From NCBI RefSeq assembly GCF_963921235.1, contig NC_086097.1, forward strand, positions 85,004,001 through 85,068,000: a DNA stretch of 64,000 nucleotides. Direction: 5' to 3'. Every line of letters starts with the position of its first letter. The stretch's first letter is position 1. The translations under genes were made by a program, and so were the position numbers. This DNA comes from Mobula hypostoma. Lineage: Eukaryota. The notes below the pieces were generated by a model, which made no database searches, was not told where the DNA came from, and was given only the letters and a program-made list of their open reading frames with translations. This document shows positions 63,330-64,000 of the stretch, piece by piece.

Positions 63330-63750
63330 GCAACACATGAAATGTTGGAGGAACTTGTCAGGCCTGGCAGCACCTGTACAGACGACGTTTCAGGCTGAGA
63401 CCCTTCATGAAGATTCACCAGACTTGTTTCAGGGATGGCAAGTTTGTATACGAGGAGAGATTAAGTAGATTGGGCTGTATTTATTAGAGTTTGGTAAAGT
63501 GAGAGGGGATTTTATCAAACTTACAACATTCAGCAGTAAGCATGCTTGCCCTGGTTGAGGGATCTTGAACCAGAGGGCACAGTTTCTGAAGAAGGGGTAG
63601 AGGGCATTTAAGTCTGAGTGAGAAATTTATTTGCTCAGAGGCTGGTGAACCTTTGGATTTCTATACCCAGGAGATCTGTGAAGGTACAATCATTCAACTC
63701 ATCCAAAAGAGAAATTGATGGATGTCCAAATATTAAGAAGATGAAGGAAT
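63330..63750. mobile_element. Penelope terminal remnant (63330-63410, minus) inserted in a CR1 3' fragment (plus)
   Basis: aagattcaccag duplicated at 63319-63330 and 63410-63421 around acgtttcaggctgagacccttcatg. CR1 motifs YEERLSRLGLYLLE and ctggtgaacctttgg. Confidence 0.75.
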
Positions 63751-63754
63751 ATAT

Positions 63755-64000
63755 TTATTTAGGAATACAGCGTGGAATGGCCTCTTCCGGCCTTTGAGCC
63801 ATGCCGCCCAGAAACCTCCGACTTAGCCCCAGCCTAATCACAGGACAATTTACAATGACCAATTAACCTACTGATCGGTAAGTCTTTGGACTGTGGGAGG
63901 AAACTGGAGCACCTGGAGGAAACCCACACGCTCACAGGAAGAACGTACAAAGCTTTCTAATAGAGGACGCCAGAATTCAGCTCTGAACTCCAGCACCCTG
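63755..64000 (-). mobile_element. V-SINE (HE1-like), cut by the window end
   Basis: tctttggactgtgggaggaaactggagcacctggaggaaacccac...gaacgtacaaa. Confidence 0.85.

Overview
Eukaryotic, repeat-dense, essentially non-genic DNA (gene desert or large intron). HE1-like V-SINEs, HER1/CR1 LINEs, Rex1/Babar, L1/Tx1 and Penelope-like elements point to a cartilaginous fish, probably a ray (inference). I recognise no host protein-coding gene; the recognisable ORFs are retroelement remnants or tandem-repeat artefacts. Best-supported structures (TSDs read directly): a 1.76-kb solo LTR with a 27-bp minisatellite (9475-11235); a four-level nest containing a twin-primed L1 (15075-17300); an internally deleted Gypsy element with both LTRs, PBS and PPT, interrupted by an L1 (21193-23612); a TSD-flanked inverted Penelope-like element (24201-25696); a hAT MITE (31652-32173); and two TSD-flanked tRNA-headed SINEs. 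The most interesting signals are about ten dispersed minimal hammerhead-ribozyme motifs in Penelope termini, a decayed antisense 28S rRNA segment (57635-57756), several CNE-like unique islands and a few orphan exon candidates. I cannot demonstrate a wholly new system from the sequence alone. Boundaries without TSDs are approximate.
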